Part shown: in pieces, positions 48,980 through 59,680 of the stretch
Layout: each line of letters begins with the position of its first letter
How positions within the stretch are numbered: the first letter of the stretch is position 1
Virus record (IMG/VR): IMGVR_UViG_3300031993_000008
Span: 1-64,000 of that record
Strand: one strand, 5' to 3'
DNA length: 64,000 bases
From: a virus
Taxonomy: Duplodnaviria > Caudoviricetes
Position numbers and translations under genes: made by a program
Notes under the pieces: model-generated
The model's database searches: none
What the model saw: the letters and a program-made list of their open reading frames with translations, nothing else
Told to the model about the DNA's origin: nothing

Positions 48980-49705
48980 ATGGCAAAAAAGAAGAAAATT
49001 GAAGATCCCCAAATACCAGAACTGGTTATAGACAAGAATCCGATAACTCTTCTACCTCTCAAATGTAGAAATTCAAAACAAAAACATTTTTTAAGTGAAA
49101 TCAGAAATCACGATATTACAATATGTGATGGAATAGCAGGTTCAGGAAAAACATACATCGCCCTCTATGAAGGTTTGATGGGAGTTATCTCCAAGAAATA
49201 TGACAAACTGATTTTATGCAAGTCTGTAATTTCAACTCCAAATGAAGATATAGGATTCATTCCCGGAACAATCGCCGAAAAGATGGAACCTCATATAATG
49301 TCCTACAAGGGAAATATGAAGAAGATGATAAAGAATGAATCAGATGTCGAGAGACTCTTCAAGGAAAAGAAAGTGGAAGTTCTGCCACTTGCATATATAA
49401 GAGGTGTGACACTGGACAATTCATTCATCATAATAGATGAGTCACAAAACATCACAATGAATCTTTTCAAATCAATAATCACAAGAATAGGTGATGACAG
49501 CAAGATGGTGTTCCTGGGTGATATAGAACAGGTTGACTTTGACCAGGAAAAGAAAAGGAAACAATCAGCACTTCAACATATCATTGAAATTTTCCAGGAT
49601 GAGGATTATATGGGACACTGCCACTTCAATGATGATGAGGTTGTCAGGAATCCGATAATACCGAAAGTCATCAAGAAATTAAGAGATTGGAATGAAGGTA
49701 AATAA
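48980..49705 (+). CDS. phoH: PhoH-family ATPase
   Basis: GIAGSGKT, IGFIPG, YIRGVT, DESQN, TRIG, GD..Q.D, VRNP. Confidence 0.93.
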   Translation: MAKKKKIEDPQIPELVIDKNPITLLPLKCRNSKQKHFLSEIRNHDITICDGIAGSGKTYIALYEGLMGVISKKYDKLILCKSVISTPNEDIGFIPGTIAEKMEPHIMSYKGNMKKMIKNESDVERLFKEKKVEVLPLAYIRGVTLDNSFIIIDESQNITMNLFKSIITRIGDDSKMVFLGDIEQVDFDQEKKRKQSALQHIIEIFQDEDYMGHCHFNDDEVVRNPIIPKVIKKLRDWNEGK

Positions 49706-49734
49706 AAAAGAGGAAGGTTTGACCTTCCTCTTTT
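49704..49734. terminator. Bidirectional intrinsic terminator
   Basis: aaaagaggaagg-tttga-ccttcctctttt between convergent genes. Confidence 0.8.
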
Positions 49735-49735
49735 G

Positions 49736-51502
49736 TTATCTTATACTTTCCGCTTTTGTCGTGATTATGTGTTCCAATCCTACTATTTCTCTCAAATAAG
49801 CAATCTCTCCGGCAAACATACCTTCACCATTACCCATATAGTATGTCAATACACATATATCATTAAGTACCTTTGCACCACAAACCTCCTTCAAGTAAAT
49901 AGGTTTATGAGGGTTACCATAACAACTCCATATGGCATCACCGAATATAAGGAATACGGAATCCTTATCCTTTCTCCTGATTTCATTGATTGTATGGGCA
50001 ACATCTTCAAAGTTCTCGGAACCACCACCAGGATTCTGACTATTGATATAATCCCAGGTCTGTGAAAGAACAACATCCTTACCCTTTGCCCTGAGCATCT
50101 TTCCGTTTATCTTTCTTGGGAGGACAATCTGGTCACCAAAACCATATACAATTACATCTGTATAAGAGAGTTCCTGACACAAGTCAATGACCTTTCCAAG
50201 GAAGGTATAAACCAAATCCTGATTTACAGAACCAGAGAAGTCAATAAAGCAATATATCTTCTGGATTACACCATGACCATATGTCCTGGTAGGAAGTACT
50301 GCATCTCTCCATAAGTGGTTCTTATGACCATATACAGTCTTATTCTTTGCCTTTGTGGTATCTCCCTTCATCACTGATTTACCTTTAAGGAAGATCTTCA
50401 ACATTTCCTTCCATTCCTCATTGTCTATCTTTGCTCTCATTGCATTTTTCACAACAGTCCTGGACAATGCTGAACCACCTCTCTTTTCACATTTCTTTTC
50501 AAGACCATCAACAACATCTTTCTTCAACTTCTCCATTTCCTCTTCAGATATGTCTTCTGATGTATTCTTGTTTTTGGTGTCTGTCATTTCATCAATATCC
50601 TCATCAGATATACCTGCCCTCTCCATATCACTTCTGAATTCTTCATCAGATACACTGTCTCTATGTTCACCGGCAAGTTTTCCTGAACCATCATCACCAT
50701 CCTTGAGTTTGTCCATAGCACTGTCAAAACCACCCTCATCACCATTCTCAAGTGCATCTTTCAGTTCAGACAATTTCTTATCTTTTGCTGATGTGTATTT
50801 TCCAGACTTTGAACCTGAACTACTTGATGAACCACTTGATTCATCTGATGATGAACTACCAGATTCTGAACCAGATTCACCACCTGATTCTCCTTCTGAC
50901 TGACTACCGCTTGACTTACTTCCAGAATCACCTCCAGTTTCCTTATCTTGTTTCAGTTTATCAATGGCATTGTCAATGGCATCCTTAAGTCTGTCCTTCT
51001 CTGATTTGTCAGAATCATCACCACTTCCACTTCCACCGGATGGATCCATATCTGATGTATCCAAATCTGATGTATCACCGCTGTCACCAAACTCATTATC
51101 CTTATAATCAAAGTCATCAAAACCATCAGAATCACCTGCCAGATCAAGTTCAATCTCTTTCTTAAGTTTCTCCAGGTCATTCTCATCCCAAAGAACCTTA
51201 TTCTTCTTAAATTCCTTATCCTGGGGTTTTCCTGACATCTTACCTTTAAGAATAGGGTCAATGAAATCATCTGGAATATCCATCTCATCAGTTGATGTCT
51301 GCTCATCATCCCCACCTTCTGACCTCAACTTATAGAAATACTTGGCAAACTTTTCCCATGCCTTTGCAAGACCCTGTTCTGTAGTCTCCATTTCTGGATT
51401 GATAGGTATAGACTTGACAACCTTTTCTGCCTTTTCTTCAACAGATTCCTCTGATTCATTGATATTCAATATGGCATCCAATTGTTCTAATATGCTTATC
51501 AT
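49736..51502 (-). CDS. vWA-domain protein (DUF2201 C-terminal-like) with acidic Ser/Gly linker
   Basis: MIDAS FIDFSGS, GGG, FGD; W...LK.F; N-term NINESEE. Confidence 0.8.
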   Translation of the reverse strand: MISILEQLDAILNINESEESVEEKAEKVVKSIPINPEMETTEQGLAKAWEKFAKYFYKLRSEGGDDEQTSTDEMDIPDDFIDPILKGKMSGKPQDKEFKKNKVLWDENDLEKLKKEIELDLAGDSDGFDDFDYKDNEFGDSGDTSDLDTSDMDPSGGSGSGDDSDKSEKDRLKDAIDNAIDKLKQDKETGGDSGSKSSGSQSEGESGGESGSESGSSSSDESSGSSSSSGSKSGKYTSAKDKKLSELKDALENGDEGGFDSAMDKLKDGDDGSGKLAGEHRDSVSDEEFRSDMERAGISDEDIDEMTDTKNKNTSEDISEEEMEKLKKDVVDGLEKKCEKRGGSALSRTVVKNAMRAKIDNEEWKEMLKIFLKGKSVMKGDTTKAKNKTVYGHKNHLWRDAVLPTRTYGHGVIQKIYCFIDFSGSVNQDLVYTFLGKVIDLCQELSYTDVIVYGFGDQIVLPRKINGKMLRAKGKDVVLSQTWDYINSQNPGGGSENFEDVAHTINEIRRKDKDSVFLIFGDAIWSCYGNPHKPIYLKEVCGAKVLNDICVLTYYMGNGEGMFAGEIAYLREIVGLEHIITTKAESIR

Positions 51503-51521
51503 AATATATGTTCAGTTTATT

Positions 51522-53807
51522 TTATTCTTCATCCATTCCTGATTCCCAATCACCCAATTCATAATCCGGATGTTTTTCAAGTTTTTCAATCAATTCATCA
51601 AGATCCACAAAGTCAAATGTATCCACATAACAGACTTCAAAAACAGATTCCATAAGTTCTGATACACGGTATTCTGGGAAATCCTTCTCAAACTTCAAAG
51701 CAAATCTCTCATAATTACTGTCTTCCAGTCCATCTGAAATATCTGAAAGTTCAAGTATTGTTTCAGAATTCTCATCAATCCAGGCACTGTAATAAAGTTT
51801 TCCTTCATATGGTTTAGGATCAATACCTTCATCTTCATATTCACTGTCTGCACCAGTAAAATCATCTGTAAATCTTGTGGGTTTACTCTTAAGAATATCA
51901 TCAAGGTCTTCTGGACTAAGTGGTTTAACATCATCAGAATCTTCACTCATACCTCCCATTATCTTGAAGTATATCTTTCTGCTTTCCTCATCAAGATACA
52001 TTGGGTTGATGGTGCCCTTATCTATCAGGTACTTCATCACTTCTTCCTTACCCTCTTTCTTGAGCATCTCTGTGAGTTTCTTCATTTCATCAATATAAGC
52101 AGTCTTGAAGTCTTCTCCAGTCCTCCATACCTTCTGGGTCTTGAGAATCTTACCTATAACTCTCATCTTCTCGGCTGCCATTCTTATTACAGAACCTTTC
52201 TCATCTTCATTGAGTTCAGTATTAAGAATATTATTAAATGCATTAAACACTGTTTCAAATACAGTATCAAGAAGATTCTGCATATCTTCCTCTGTTTTGT
52301 TGAGAATTGTCTCATTGTCTATCAACTTAATCAGGTCAGGAAGGAAAGACTCCTTCAGATCATTCAACATTTTAATGAGAGAATCAACATCATCTTTACT
52401 CATTTCAGAGAAATGGAGTTCTGTCAATGATTCAAACTTGTCAATACCACTCTGTAATATTTCAACAGTCTTTCCGGATACAAGTTCAAACTGTTGGAGA
52501 TCAATGAAATTGTTAAACAAAATAATCCACTTCCTGAAAGGATGTTGTCTCTTGAATTTCTCTTTCCTTTCTTCAGCCTTCTTTGCATCCCTTTCCTCTC
52601 TCTTCTTTTTCAGTTTCTCCTTTTCAATATCATCTGAAATGATGTCTTCCAAATCATCCTTTGCTTTATCAATCAAGTCCTGTTTCTCCTCCCTTGAAAG
52701 ACCACCTTCCTTCATTTTCTCCATTGCTTCCTTCAATGATTCCCTGGCCTTTTCAGCATCACTCATAACATCATCACTTGATTTTCCAAACTGATCAGCA
52801 ACCTCATCAGCATTTTCATTAATATCATCCATCAACTTGTCAATGTCTTTCAAAGTCTTATCCATTTCTTCTTCAGACATTCCTTTTGGACTCTTATACA
52901 AATCCTCAACAAGATCTTCAATGTCCATCTTCAATCCACCTATATCACCAAGTTTTGAATCACCAAGTTCCTCAAGTTCATCCTGGATGGTCTTGTCACC
53001 ACGAGACTCCTTACCAAGAATGTCATCAAGTGTCTTCTGGAGTTCCTTTCTTGCATATCTCTTTTCCTCATCCTCTGCATCCGGATTCATCAGAACCTTT
53101 GATGCCTTTTCAATTGCATCAAGAATTTTAAGTTCAATGTCATCAAGTGAGAAACCATTTCTGTCAAGCCACTCCTTATATTCCTTATCACCATACTTAT
53201 CCATGATTTCCTCCCAGGTCATACCTGCATATTCCTTATTATAAAGCATATTCATCTTCTTGAAGAAACTGTCATCAACAATACCATCCTCAACCATTGA
53301 TGAATTAACCTCATAGTCCATACAGATGTTGGCCTTCATGTTGGCCTTCTTTCTTGCACCCTTCAAACCGTCAGCAAACATCTCTTCAGGATACATATCA
53401 TTGAATCTCATAAGATGATCAAAGAAGACATGGAACATTTCATGGAACAGGACACCGAATACCCTATCACTGTTCATCTTACAAGTATTATAGACATAAC
53501 CCATATTTATCCAGAGATTGTTGAAATTATCAACCATCATTGTATCACAGAACTCACTTGGATAAACAGGAATATACATAGGTTTACACTTTGACATAAA
53601 ATTATAGAGATATGGATAATCTCTCATCATTTTATATATGGCATCTGAACAAACCTTAAGAATATCATCAGCTTTAACCTTCACATATCCTTTTTTGGTT
53701 ATGTCATATATGTCTATTTCTCCCATCTTTTCAATGATGTCTTCATTACCAGTTATGACATCATAATAAGATGATTCATTTAAACTTCTATACATCTGAT
53801 TATACAT
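51522..53807 (-). CDS. HExxH metallopeptidase (DUF2201 N-terminal-like) with long helical extension
   Basis: TMMVD, GVLFHEMFHVFFDH, ANICMDYEVN; N-term SLNESS; CATAAATA at 53833-53840. Confidence 0.8.
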   Translation of the reverse strand: MYNQMYRSLNESSYYDVITGNEDIIEKMGEIDIYDITKKGYVKVKADDILKVCSDAIYKMMRDYPYLYNFMSKCKPMYIPVYPSEFCDTMMVDNFNNLWINMGYVYNTCKMNSDRVFGVLFHEMFHVFFDHLMRFNDMYPEEMFADGLKGARKKANMKANICMDYEVNSSMVEDGIVDDSFFKKMNMLYNKEYAGMTWEEIMDKYGDKEYKEWLDRNGFSLDDIELKILDAIEKASKVLMNPDAEDEEKRYARKELQKTLDDILGKESRGDKTIQDELEELGDSKLGDIGGLKMDIEDLVEDLYKSPKGMSEEEMDKTLKDIDKLMDDINENADEVADQFGKSSDDVMSDAEKARESLKEAMEKMKEGGLSREEKQDLIDKAKDDLEDIISDDIEKEKLKKKREERDAKKAEERKEKFKRQHPFRKWIILFNNFIDLQQFELVSGKTVEILQSGIDKFESLTELHFSEMSKDDVDSLIKMLNDLKESFLPDLIKLIDNETILNKTEEDMQNLLDTVFETVFNAFNNILNTELNEDEKGSVIRMAAEKMRVIGKILKTQKVWRTGEDFKTAYIDEMKKLTEMLKKEGKEEVMKYLIDKGTINPMYLDEESRKIYFKIMGGMSEDSDDVKPLSPEDLDDILKSKPTRFTDDFTGADSEYEDEGIDPKPYEGKLYYSAWIDENSETILELSDISDGLEDSNYERFALKFEKDFPEYRVSELMESVFEVCYVDTFDFVDLDELIEKLEKHPDYELGDWESGMDEE

Positions 53808-53893
53808 AAAATTGTGGATAAATAATATATTGTATTTATGAAATAAAAAAGGAAGTGGGTGTCCACTTCCTTTCATTCATATGCCTATTTTTA

Positions 53894-56701
53894 TTAAGCA
53901 AAATCACTCTTGTCATACTTGTATCTTTCAGCAGTTGCATCAAGATATTCCTTCAATTCCTTCAATGTCTCCTTATTCTTCATAACATCAAGGAACTTGA
54001 TGATATTGATGTGCATAATCTTTACAAAGTTGTCCTTTGAACCAGAGAAGGTCTTATTAAGATTGTTGAATACATTCATAAGAATATCAACACTTGGGAC
54101 ATTGTCAGGTGAATAAACAACCTTTATGTAATTCTCAATTCTCTTACATACTTCTGCACATTTTGCAGTTGAAGGAATCTCATAATCAGGATCCTCCAAA
54201 ATCTTCTGTACATTGATAGATGTCTTTGCGTGTTCTGTGAGGAATCTTACATATTTCTTTGCCATCTCAGCACCGATAATTGAAGAAGCCTTCAAAAGTA
54301 TTTCATCTGCCGGAATTTCTGAAATCTCTGCATATCCATGATTCTTCTTGTAAAGATGTAACTCATTCATAAGAGCTGACCAGGTACGAGGTGTTGGCCA
54401 ACCTGATTTACCCTTTTCATACTCTTCAGGTCTGATAGTATGCCAGTTGGTATATTCACCTTCCTCATTCTTTTCAAACATAAGGAACTCAAGAGTTACA
54501 TCATCAAAATGGCCCTTTGTTACAGCCCACTTTTTCCAGTCATCAAATGATGGGATGAAATTGTACTGACCACCAAGGAAACGTGTACCTACAACAGCAC
54601 CTGTTGAACCATAACCCCTCTCAACTTCAGCGTCATCAGCTGGACGGTTAGAACAGCAGATGATTGCCCATTTGTCACCAAGCAGGAACTCATCATTGTA
54701 TGTTCTTGTAAGAAGAAGCTGCATCAAAATCTTGAATATCATCTCATCAGCACGGAAGAACTCATCAAAGAGAAGGATACCTCCTTCTGTTGTTTCTGTG
54801 ATAACAAGACGACCTTTCTTCATACTCTTGTCAACATGACCATTGGCAATATTGTTAAGAATGTCATTCTCTTCCTGACTTGCTGATATACGATAACAAG
54901 GCAACCAGGTCTTTGGAGCTTCTGTTGAAACCTTGTGCATATTACCCTTAATCTTCTCAATGGTGTCTGTTGAAACACCTGATGTCTGGATGAGTTCCTT
55001 TACCTTTGGTCTTTCATTAAGGTAATCATCAACTTTCTTATCCATAGGAATAGGAAGTGTAAAACCATCAACTGTAAGGTCACCACACTCAACAACCATC
55101 AATGCTTTCTGATGGAATGCATCCTGATTTGAGTTCCATTCCTTTATTATACTCTTTGGAATACTTGACTTACCAATACCGGGAGCACCCCAGATAAGAA
55201 CTGAACCACCACCTTCTTCCTCACCTTCCTGATAGGCAGGTACATTCTTGATGGCATCTTCAAGTATCATTCCAAGCTGCTTTGAATTGATGTCTGGAAT
55301 ATCCCTAAGACCACCAGCCTCTGCACTGAAACCTACTCTCTTGAAGTTTTCCTCATTAATCATCTGGAGATAACCAGTATTACCATACTTCTCATAGTGT
55401 TCATTGATCATACCTTTGAAAGTCTCATAGTTCTTGTACTCAATACTGTCCTTGTCAATGATTCCATAATATTCAGGACTCTCAACAATGTCAGCATGTT
55501 TCTCAACACCCTCAAGGAAATCATTATCAACACCACAGAAACCATGAACACCAGGTATTGCATCAGAGGCAATCACATTCAATGATGTATAAGGACTCAT
55601 TACAGGATACATTTCTCCATTTTCTGCAAAGAAGGTGATAAATTTATCAAACTTCAAAGCAATTGATTTAAAAAATCCCCTGATTTTATCAACACCTTTA
55701 TTGATGAAATCCTTTACCTTTCCCTCATTCACAAAGGTATCGAAATCAACTACATGATTCAATTTATTATCCATATCTGTTATATTTTTATTTTCAGTAA
55801 CACCTTCTTCTCCTTCTTCATCAGTCACTGACTTGAAGAAATCTCTTCTATATTTCTTGTTCATTGACTTTGTCTCATCCTCTGTACCACCAATGATAGG
55901 AAGATCAGCCCTTACTGTCTTGGTCTCAAGTGTACCATCAGGATTTCTGAATTTCTTCTCAATCCACTTTGGAGTCCATTTCTTCAATGACTGTGAGAAT
56001 GAACTGAACAGGAACATATTCTTGAAATCAGCACAAGATGAAACATCCCAACTACAAATAGTGTCATTGTTGAATGTTGATTTGTAGAACATACCTTCCA
56101 TAGTCTTTACCCTACCGGTATCCCAACTACTCAAATCAATGTTTGGAAGATCTGTAAAAGCAAACAATGCTGCCATATTGGTGATTGAAGAAACATCCAG
56201 TCTTCTCAAGATACCCTTATGAGTCATCTCATTGGTGTGTTCCTCTTCTACCATATCATAGAAGTCATTGATAAAACCAAAGATGTTGTATTTTGATACC
56301 TTGTTGTCAGTAAGTTTGACAGCACCAGTGATTGTTCTCTTTTCTTCTGGTTCATCAGGATCAGTCTTTTCACCACTACCTTCACCACCTTCATCCTCAA
56401 CATCACCAGTAATAGGTTCATCCTCATCTTTCTTAATGTCATCATCTGACAAAAAGTCATCATCCCAGAATGCCTCATTGAGTCTTGAGAACTTCAATCT
56501 GTTTCTCTCAATTGTCTCATTGATATGTTCAATGTTGTCTTCTACAGATTTATTGATAAGTTCCTCATTTTCAACAAGCCACTTGTCAAACTCATCTGCA
56601 ATCTCATCATCAGACATTGTAATATTACTCTCATTTAGTTTCTTCCTAAACTCAGCTTCCCACCTGATAACAGCAGGACACAGTAATTGTTCTATTGTCA
56701 T
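53894..56701 (-). CDS. MoxR-like AAA+ ATPase with N-terminal DUF285/BspA-like LRR
   Basis: WGAPGIGKS, LLFDEFFRA, CSNR, TRF, WPTPRTW; LDVSSITNM..LF / WDTGRVKTMEGMF / WDVSS repeats. Confidence 0.85.
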   Translation of the reverse strand: MTIEQLLCPAVIRWEAEFRKKLNESNITMSDDEIADEFDKWLVENEELINKSVEDNIEHINETIERNRLKFSRLNEAFWDDDFLSDDDIKKDEDEPITGDVEDEGGEGSGEKTDPDEPEEKRTITGAVKLTDNKVSKYNIFGFINDFYDMVEEEHTNEMTHKGILRRLDVSSITNMAALFAFTDLPNIDLSSWDTGRVKTMEGMFYKSTFNNDTICSWDVSSCADFKNMFLFSSFSQSLKKWTPKWIEKKFRNPDGTLETKTVRADLPIIGGTEDETKSMNKKYRRDFFKSVTDEEGEEGVTENKNITDMDNKLNHVVDFDTFVNEGKVKDFINKGVDKIRGFFKSIALKFDKFITFFAENGEMYPVMSPYTSLNVIASDAIPGVHGFCGVDNDFLEGVEKHADIVESPEYYGIIDKDSIEYKNYETFKGMINEHYEKYGNTGYLQMINEENFKRVGFSAEAGGLRDIPDINSKQLGMILEDAIKNVPAYQEGEEEGGGSVLIWGAPGIGKSSIPKSIIKEWNSNQDAFHQKALMVVECGDLTVDGFTLPIPMDKKVDDYLNERPKVKELIQTSGVSTDTIEKIKGNMHKVSTEAPKTWLPCYRISASQEENDILNNIANGHVDKSMKKGRLVITETTEGGILLFDEFFRADEMIFKILMQLLLTRTYNDEFLLGDKWAIICCSNRPADDAEVERGYGSTGAVVGTRFLGGQYNFIPSFDDWKKWAVTKGHFDDVTLEFLMFEKNEEGEYTNWHTIRPEEYEKGKSGWPTPRTWSALMNELHLYKKNHGYAEISEIPADEILLKASSIIGAEMAKKYVRFLTEHAKTSINVQKILEDPDYEIPSTAKCAEVCKRIENYIKVVYSPDNVPSVDILMNVFNNLNKTFSGSKDNFVKIMHINIIKFLDVMKNKETLKELKEYLDATAERYKYDKSDFA

Positions 56702-56713
56702 AATCTATATAGT

Positions 56714-58696
56714 TTATTTTCTTGATAATTCTCTCTTAAGTTTCTTCTTCCAGAACTCACGACCTTCCTTACCGTTCAATACATCATGGAACATACTCAA
56801 TGTACGCCAGTTGATTGACTGGTAATTTGGATCAGCCAGGAGTTTCTCAACTTCCTCAATGAACTCCTCAACCATATCCCTTGGAATTGCACATCTGTCA
56901 TCAGGAATAGTCTTATCTGCATATTCTGTAAGAATCTTCTTCTTCATAACTGTCCAGATTGATTCAGCAAGAGGTGCAATATCATAGTTCTCAAAACGAG
57001 ATGAGATAGCATCCCAGTTACCCTTACCTACTTCATTGATAAATACATCTCTTTCAGAGTTGGAGATGATAACAACAAGACCTCTGAAGATGAACTCATT
57101 AGGCATTGCAGGTTGGGTATTTGCTTCCTCATCCTTCCATGCATCATCAATTTTTGTCATATAGAGGTCAATCATTTCCTGATCGGCATCTTCCTTACTT
57201 GCAACACCACCAGGTGCAGTACCACTATAGTAAAGACTGTATTTCTTCATCTCCTTCTTATAAAAATCTGTCTTATCATCAGCTGACTTACGACCGATTT
57301 CTGTATAATACATCTTCTGTCTGTCACCCTTAAGTCTTCTTACATTATAAACCTTCAGTTTTGACTCCTTACCAGGATAACCTATCAAACAGTCTTCAAT
57401 ATCTGTCTGGAGAGCATTCTTCCACATAGAAACACGGTAGTCACCATCAAAAAGGTTTGGTGAATCATCAAATACCAGCATCTTACCATTGTATTCATAC
57501 ATAAGCTGATAAACAGAGTCTGCTGTTGAGCAACCTGAACCTGCCCATACATAGTCTCTGTTCAATACCATATTCTTTTCCTTGAGGATCTTCTTGAGGG
57601 TATGTGTCTTACCGATACCACCCTTACCAGTGAGAAGGACACCACGTCTTGACATAATAGACTTGTCATTACTATCAAGGTCACCATTCTGATGTACATA
57701 GTTACACATAGCACTTATAACCAACTCCAACTCTGTGATGGTTGATTCATAGTTCTCTGTGTCCTCTTCAATCCTGGCCTTCAGAAGGTCTTCTCTTGCT
57801 TTCATCTTCTTTTCAAGAGAATCTTCCTCATCAGTAACTTCATATGCAATACCAGCAGATGTGGAAATTGCAGGACCCTCACCCTTATATGACTTTACAA
57901 GATTGTCAAATACACCGGCATCAACTGCCTTCTGTACTGAACCAGCAACTCTACCACCTGTTGCAAGCAACATTACATTGTTGGCACAGTCCATCATATA
58001 TCTTGTCTGACCATCCCTGGTAGCCAATGGACCACCAACAAATATCTTAAGAATTCTTGTTGCCACTGGATCATTATCCTGAATCAATAAGAAATACTGT
58101 TCAACTGCATTCTTTACACCATAATCACGGATAAAACCATATACATACTGTTTGTCATCCTCTGACATCTTCTCGAAGTTCTTTACATTCTTCTCAACAT
58201 AACCGGCACCAATTCTTCCGGCAAATGACTCATCAACTGGTTCAGGATTCTGCAAGTCATAAACCAACTGATCAAGCATATCCTTGAAACCAAGTTTCTT
58301 TGTTGAATAGGTAACCAATGCAACATTTTCCTTACCCATCTCAAATGTGTCAAATATTGAAATGAATTTCTCATTCTGGTCACGGCAGCAGACAATCTGC
58401 TTACCTCCATCCCTGTCAAAGAACCTTACACCAGGGACACCATTCAGATAAACAACATTGTATCCAACAGCAAAATCACCAATATTCTGCAGCCTCTTTG
58501 CTACAATATTGGAGATTTTTGAAAGATATTTATCCTCATAAACAGTTGTACCTATGATAATGTCATTTTCAGATATTCCCAAATCATCAGTATCTGGGAT
58601 TTCCAAAGTCTTATCCTCATTATCAACTGCTTCTTTCAATGCCTTTTTATTTGAAACAAATTCTTCGGCATCAAAATTTTTGAAATGTCTTATCAT
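56714..58696 (-). CDS. AAA-type P-loop ATPase
   Basis: LTGKGGIGKT Walker A, LVFDD Walker B, VIISN, AISSR; CATAAATA at 58728-58735. Confidence 0.8.
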   Translation of the reverse strand: MIRHFKNFDAEEFVSNKKALKEAVDNEDKTLEIPDTDDLGISENDIIIGTTVYEDKYLSKISNIVAKRLQNIGDFAVGYNVVYLNGVPGVRFFDRDGGKQIVCCRDQNEKFISIFDTFEMGKENVALVTYSTKKLGFKDMLDQLVYDLQNPEPVDESFAGRIGAGYVEKNVKNFEKMSEDDKQYVYGFIRDYGVKNAVEQYFLLIQDNDPVATRILKIFVGGPLATRDGQTRYMMDCANNVMLLATGGRVAGSVQKAVDAGVFDNLVKSYKGEGPAISTSAGIAYEVTDEEDSLEKKMKAREDLLKARIEEDTENYESTITELELVISAMCNYVHQNGDLDSNDKSIMSRRGVLLTGKGGIGKTHTLKKILKEKNMVLNRDYVWAGSGCSTADSVYQLMYEYNGKMLVFDDSPNLFDGDYRVSMWKNALQTDIEDCLIGYPGKESKLKVYNVRRLKGDRQKMYYTEIGRKSADDKTDFYKKEMKKYSLYYSGTAPGGVASKEDADQEMIDLYMTKIDDAWKDEEANTQPAMPNEFIFRGLVVIISNSERDVFINEVGKGNWDAISSRFENYDIAPLAESIWTVMKKKILTEYADKTIPDDRCAIPRDMVEEFIEEVEKLLADPNYQSINWRTLSMFHDVLNGKEGREFWKKKLKRELSRK

Positions 58697-58740
58697 ATCT
58701 TATTTCTTATGATTATATAATATAAGTTATTTATGAAATA

Positions 58741-59580
58741 TCAATTGACATACAATTTCTCATAAACATTACTATTGTCCATCCTTTGTGTTATCTGCCT
58801 GTATCCCCAATTCCTTGTATTGATGTCAACACAGTTCTCATAACAGTCACCAGGAACAACCAGATTCTCATCTGTGGAATCAAAACTCAGGGCATATTTT
58901 ATACCCCTCTCATTCATCATTGCTATCCTGTCAAAGAGGTCAAGGTAATCTATCTTTCCGAAATACTTTCCTGTACTCCTGGTCATCTCATATGGGGGAT
59001 CCAGGTAAGTGAAATCATCAAGGTTCATTGCTTCCAGCATCACCCTATAGTCACACCTCTTGAATAATACATTGTGTTCATTGAGAAGTTTACTCCATTC
59101 ATCAATGATCTTCTTCAACCTCTTTGGTTTTATACCCTCCCTGGTAAGATGGAAGGTATTGTTGAAGTTACCATATTTGTTGTATCTGGGGATTCCATTG
59201 GTGCATGTCCTCATCAGGAAAAAGAAACAATAAGGACTCCTGGTCTGGTTGAACTCCTCCCTGACCATTTCAAAATATCTCTTTCTGTCCTGTATGTTAT
59301 CAAGAGAATGCATCTCTTCCCACATCCTGGAGTACTCACTGAAAAGACCATCTGGGTCTCTCTTGATGGTATTCCACAAATCTATCAAATCACCATTGAT
59401 ATCAGAACAGACACACCTGTTCACATAATGGTCAGGTGACTTGAGTAACTGGAAGAGGACTGAACATCCCCCACAGAAAGGTTCATAATATGTATCAATG
59501 AAATTAGGAAAATATTGAATGATGTCTTCACTCTGGACTCTTTTAGATCCTATCCATTTTACGACACAAGGAACATCCAT
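58741..59580 (-). CDS. dam: DNA adenine methyltransferase (Dam family)
   Basis: KWIGSK, EPFCGG, DIN, RYN..G.FN, YLDPPY. Confidence 0.9.
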   Translation of the reverse strand: MDVPCVVKWIGSKRVQSEDIIQYFPNFIDTYYEPFCGGCSVLFQLLKSPDHYVNRCVCSDINGDLIDLWNTIKRDPDGLFSEYSRMWEEMHSLDNIQDRKRYFEMVREEFNQTRSPYCFFFLMRTCTNGIPRYNKYGNFNNTFHLTREGIKPKRLKKIIDEWSKLLNEHNVLFKRCDYRVMLEAMNLDDFTYLDPPYEMTRSTGKYFGKIDYLDLFDRIAMMNERGIKYALSFDSTDENLVVPGDCYENCVDINTRNWGYRQITQRMDNSNVYEKLYVN

Positions 59581-59680
59581 AAATTACACATTTCTTATAA
59601 ATTAAATATAACAAACAAAAAAACCTCCCACCTATTTATTTATAGATGGGAGGAAAAAACAATAAAAATATGAACAACAA

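Noticed and set aside
50355-53244. Long plus-strand Ser/Phe-rich ORFs, and similar shadow ORFs such as 56268-56825 and 63524-63985
   Set aside because: Antisense shadows of Glu/Lys/Asp-rich real genes
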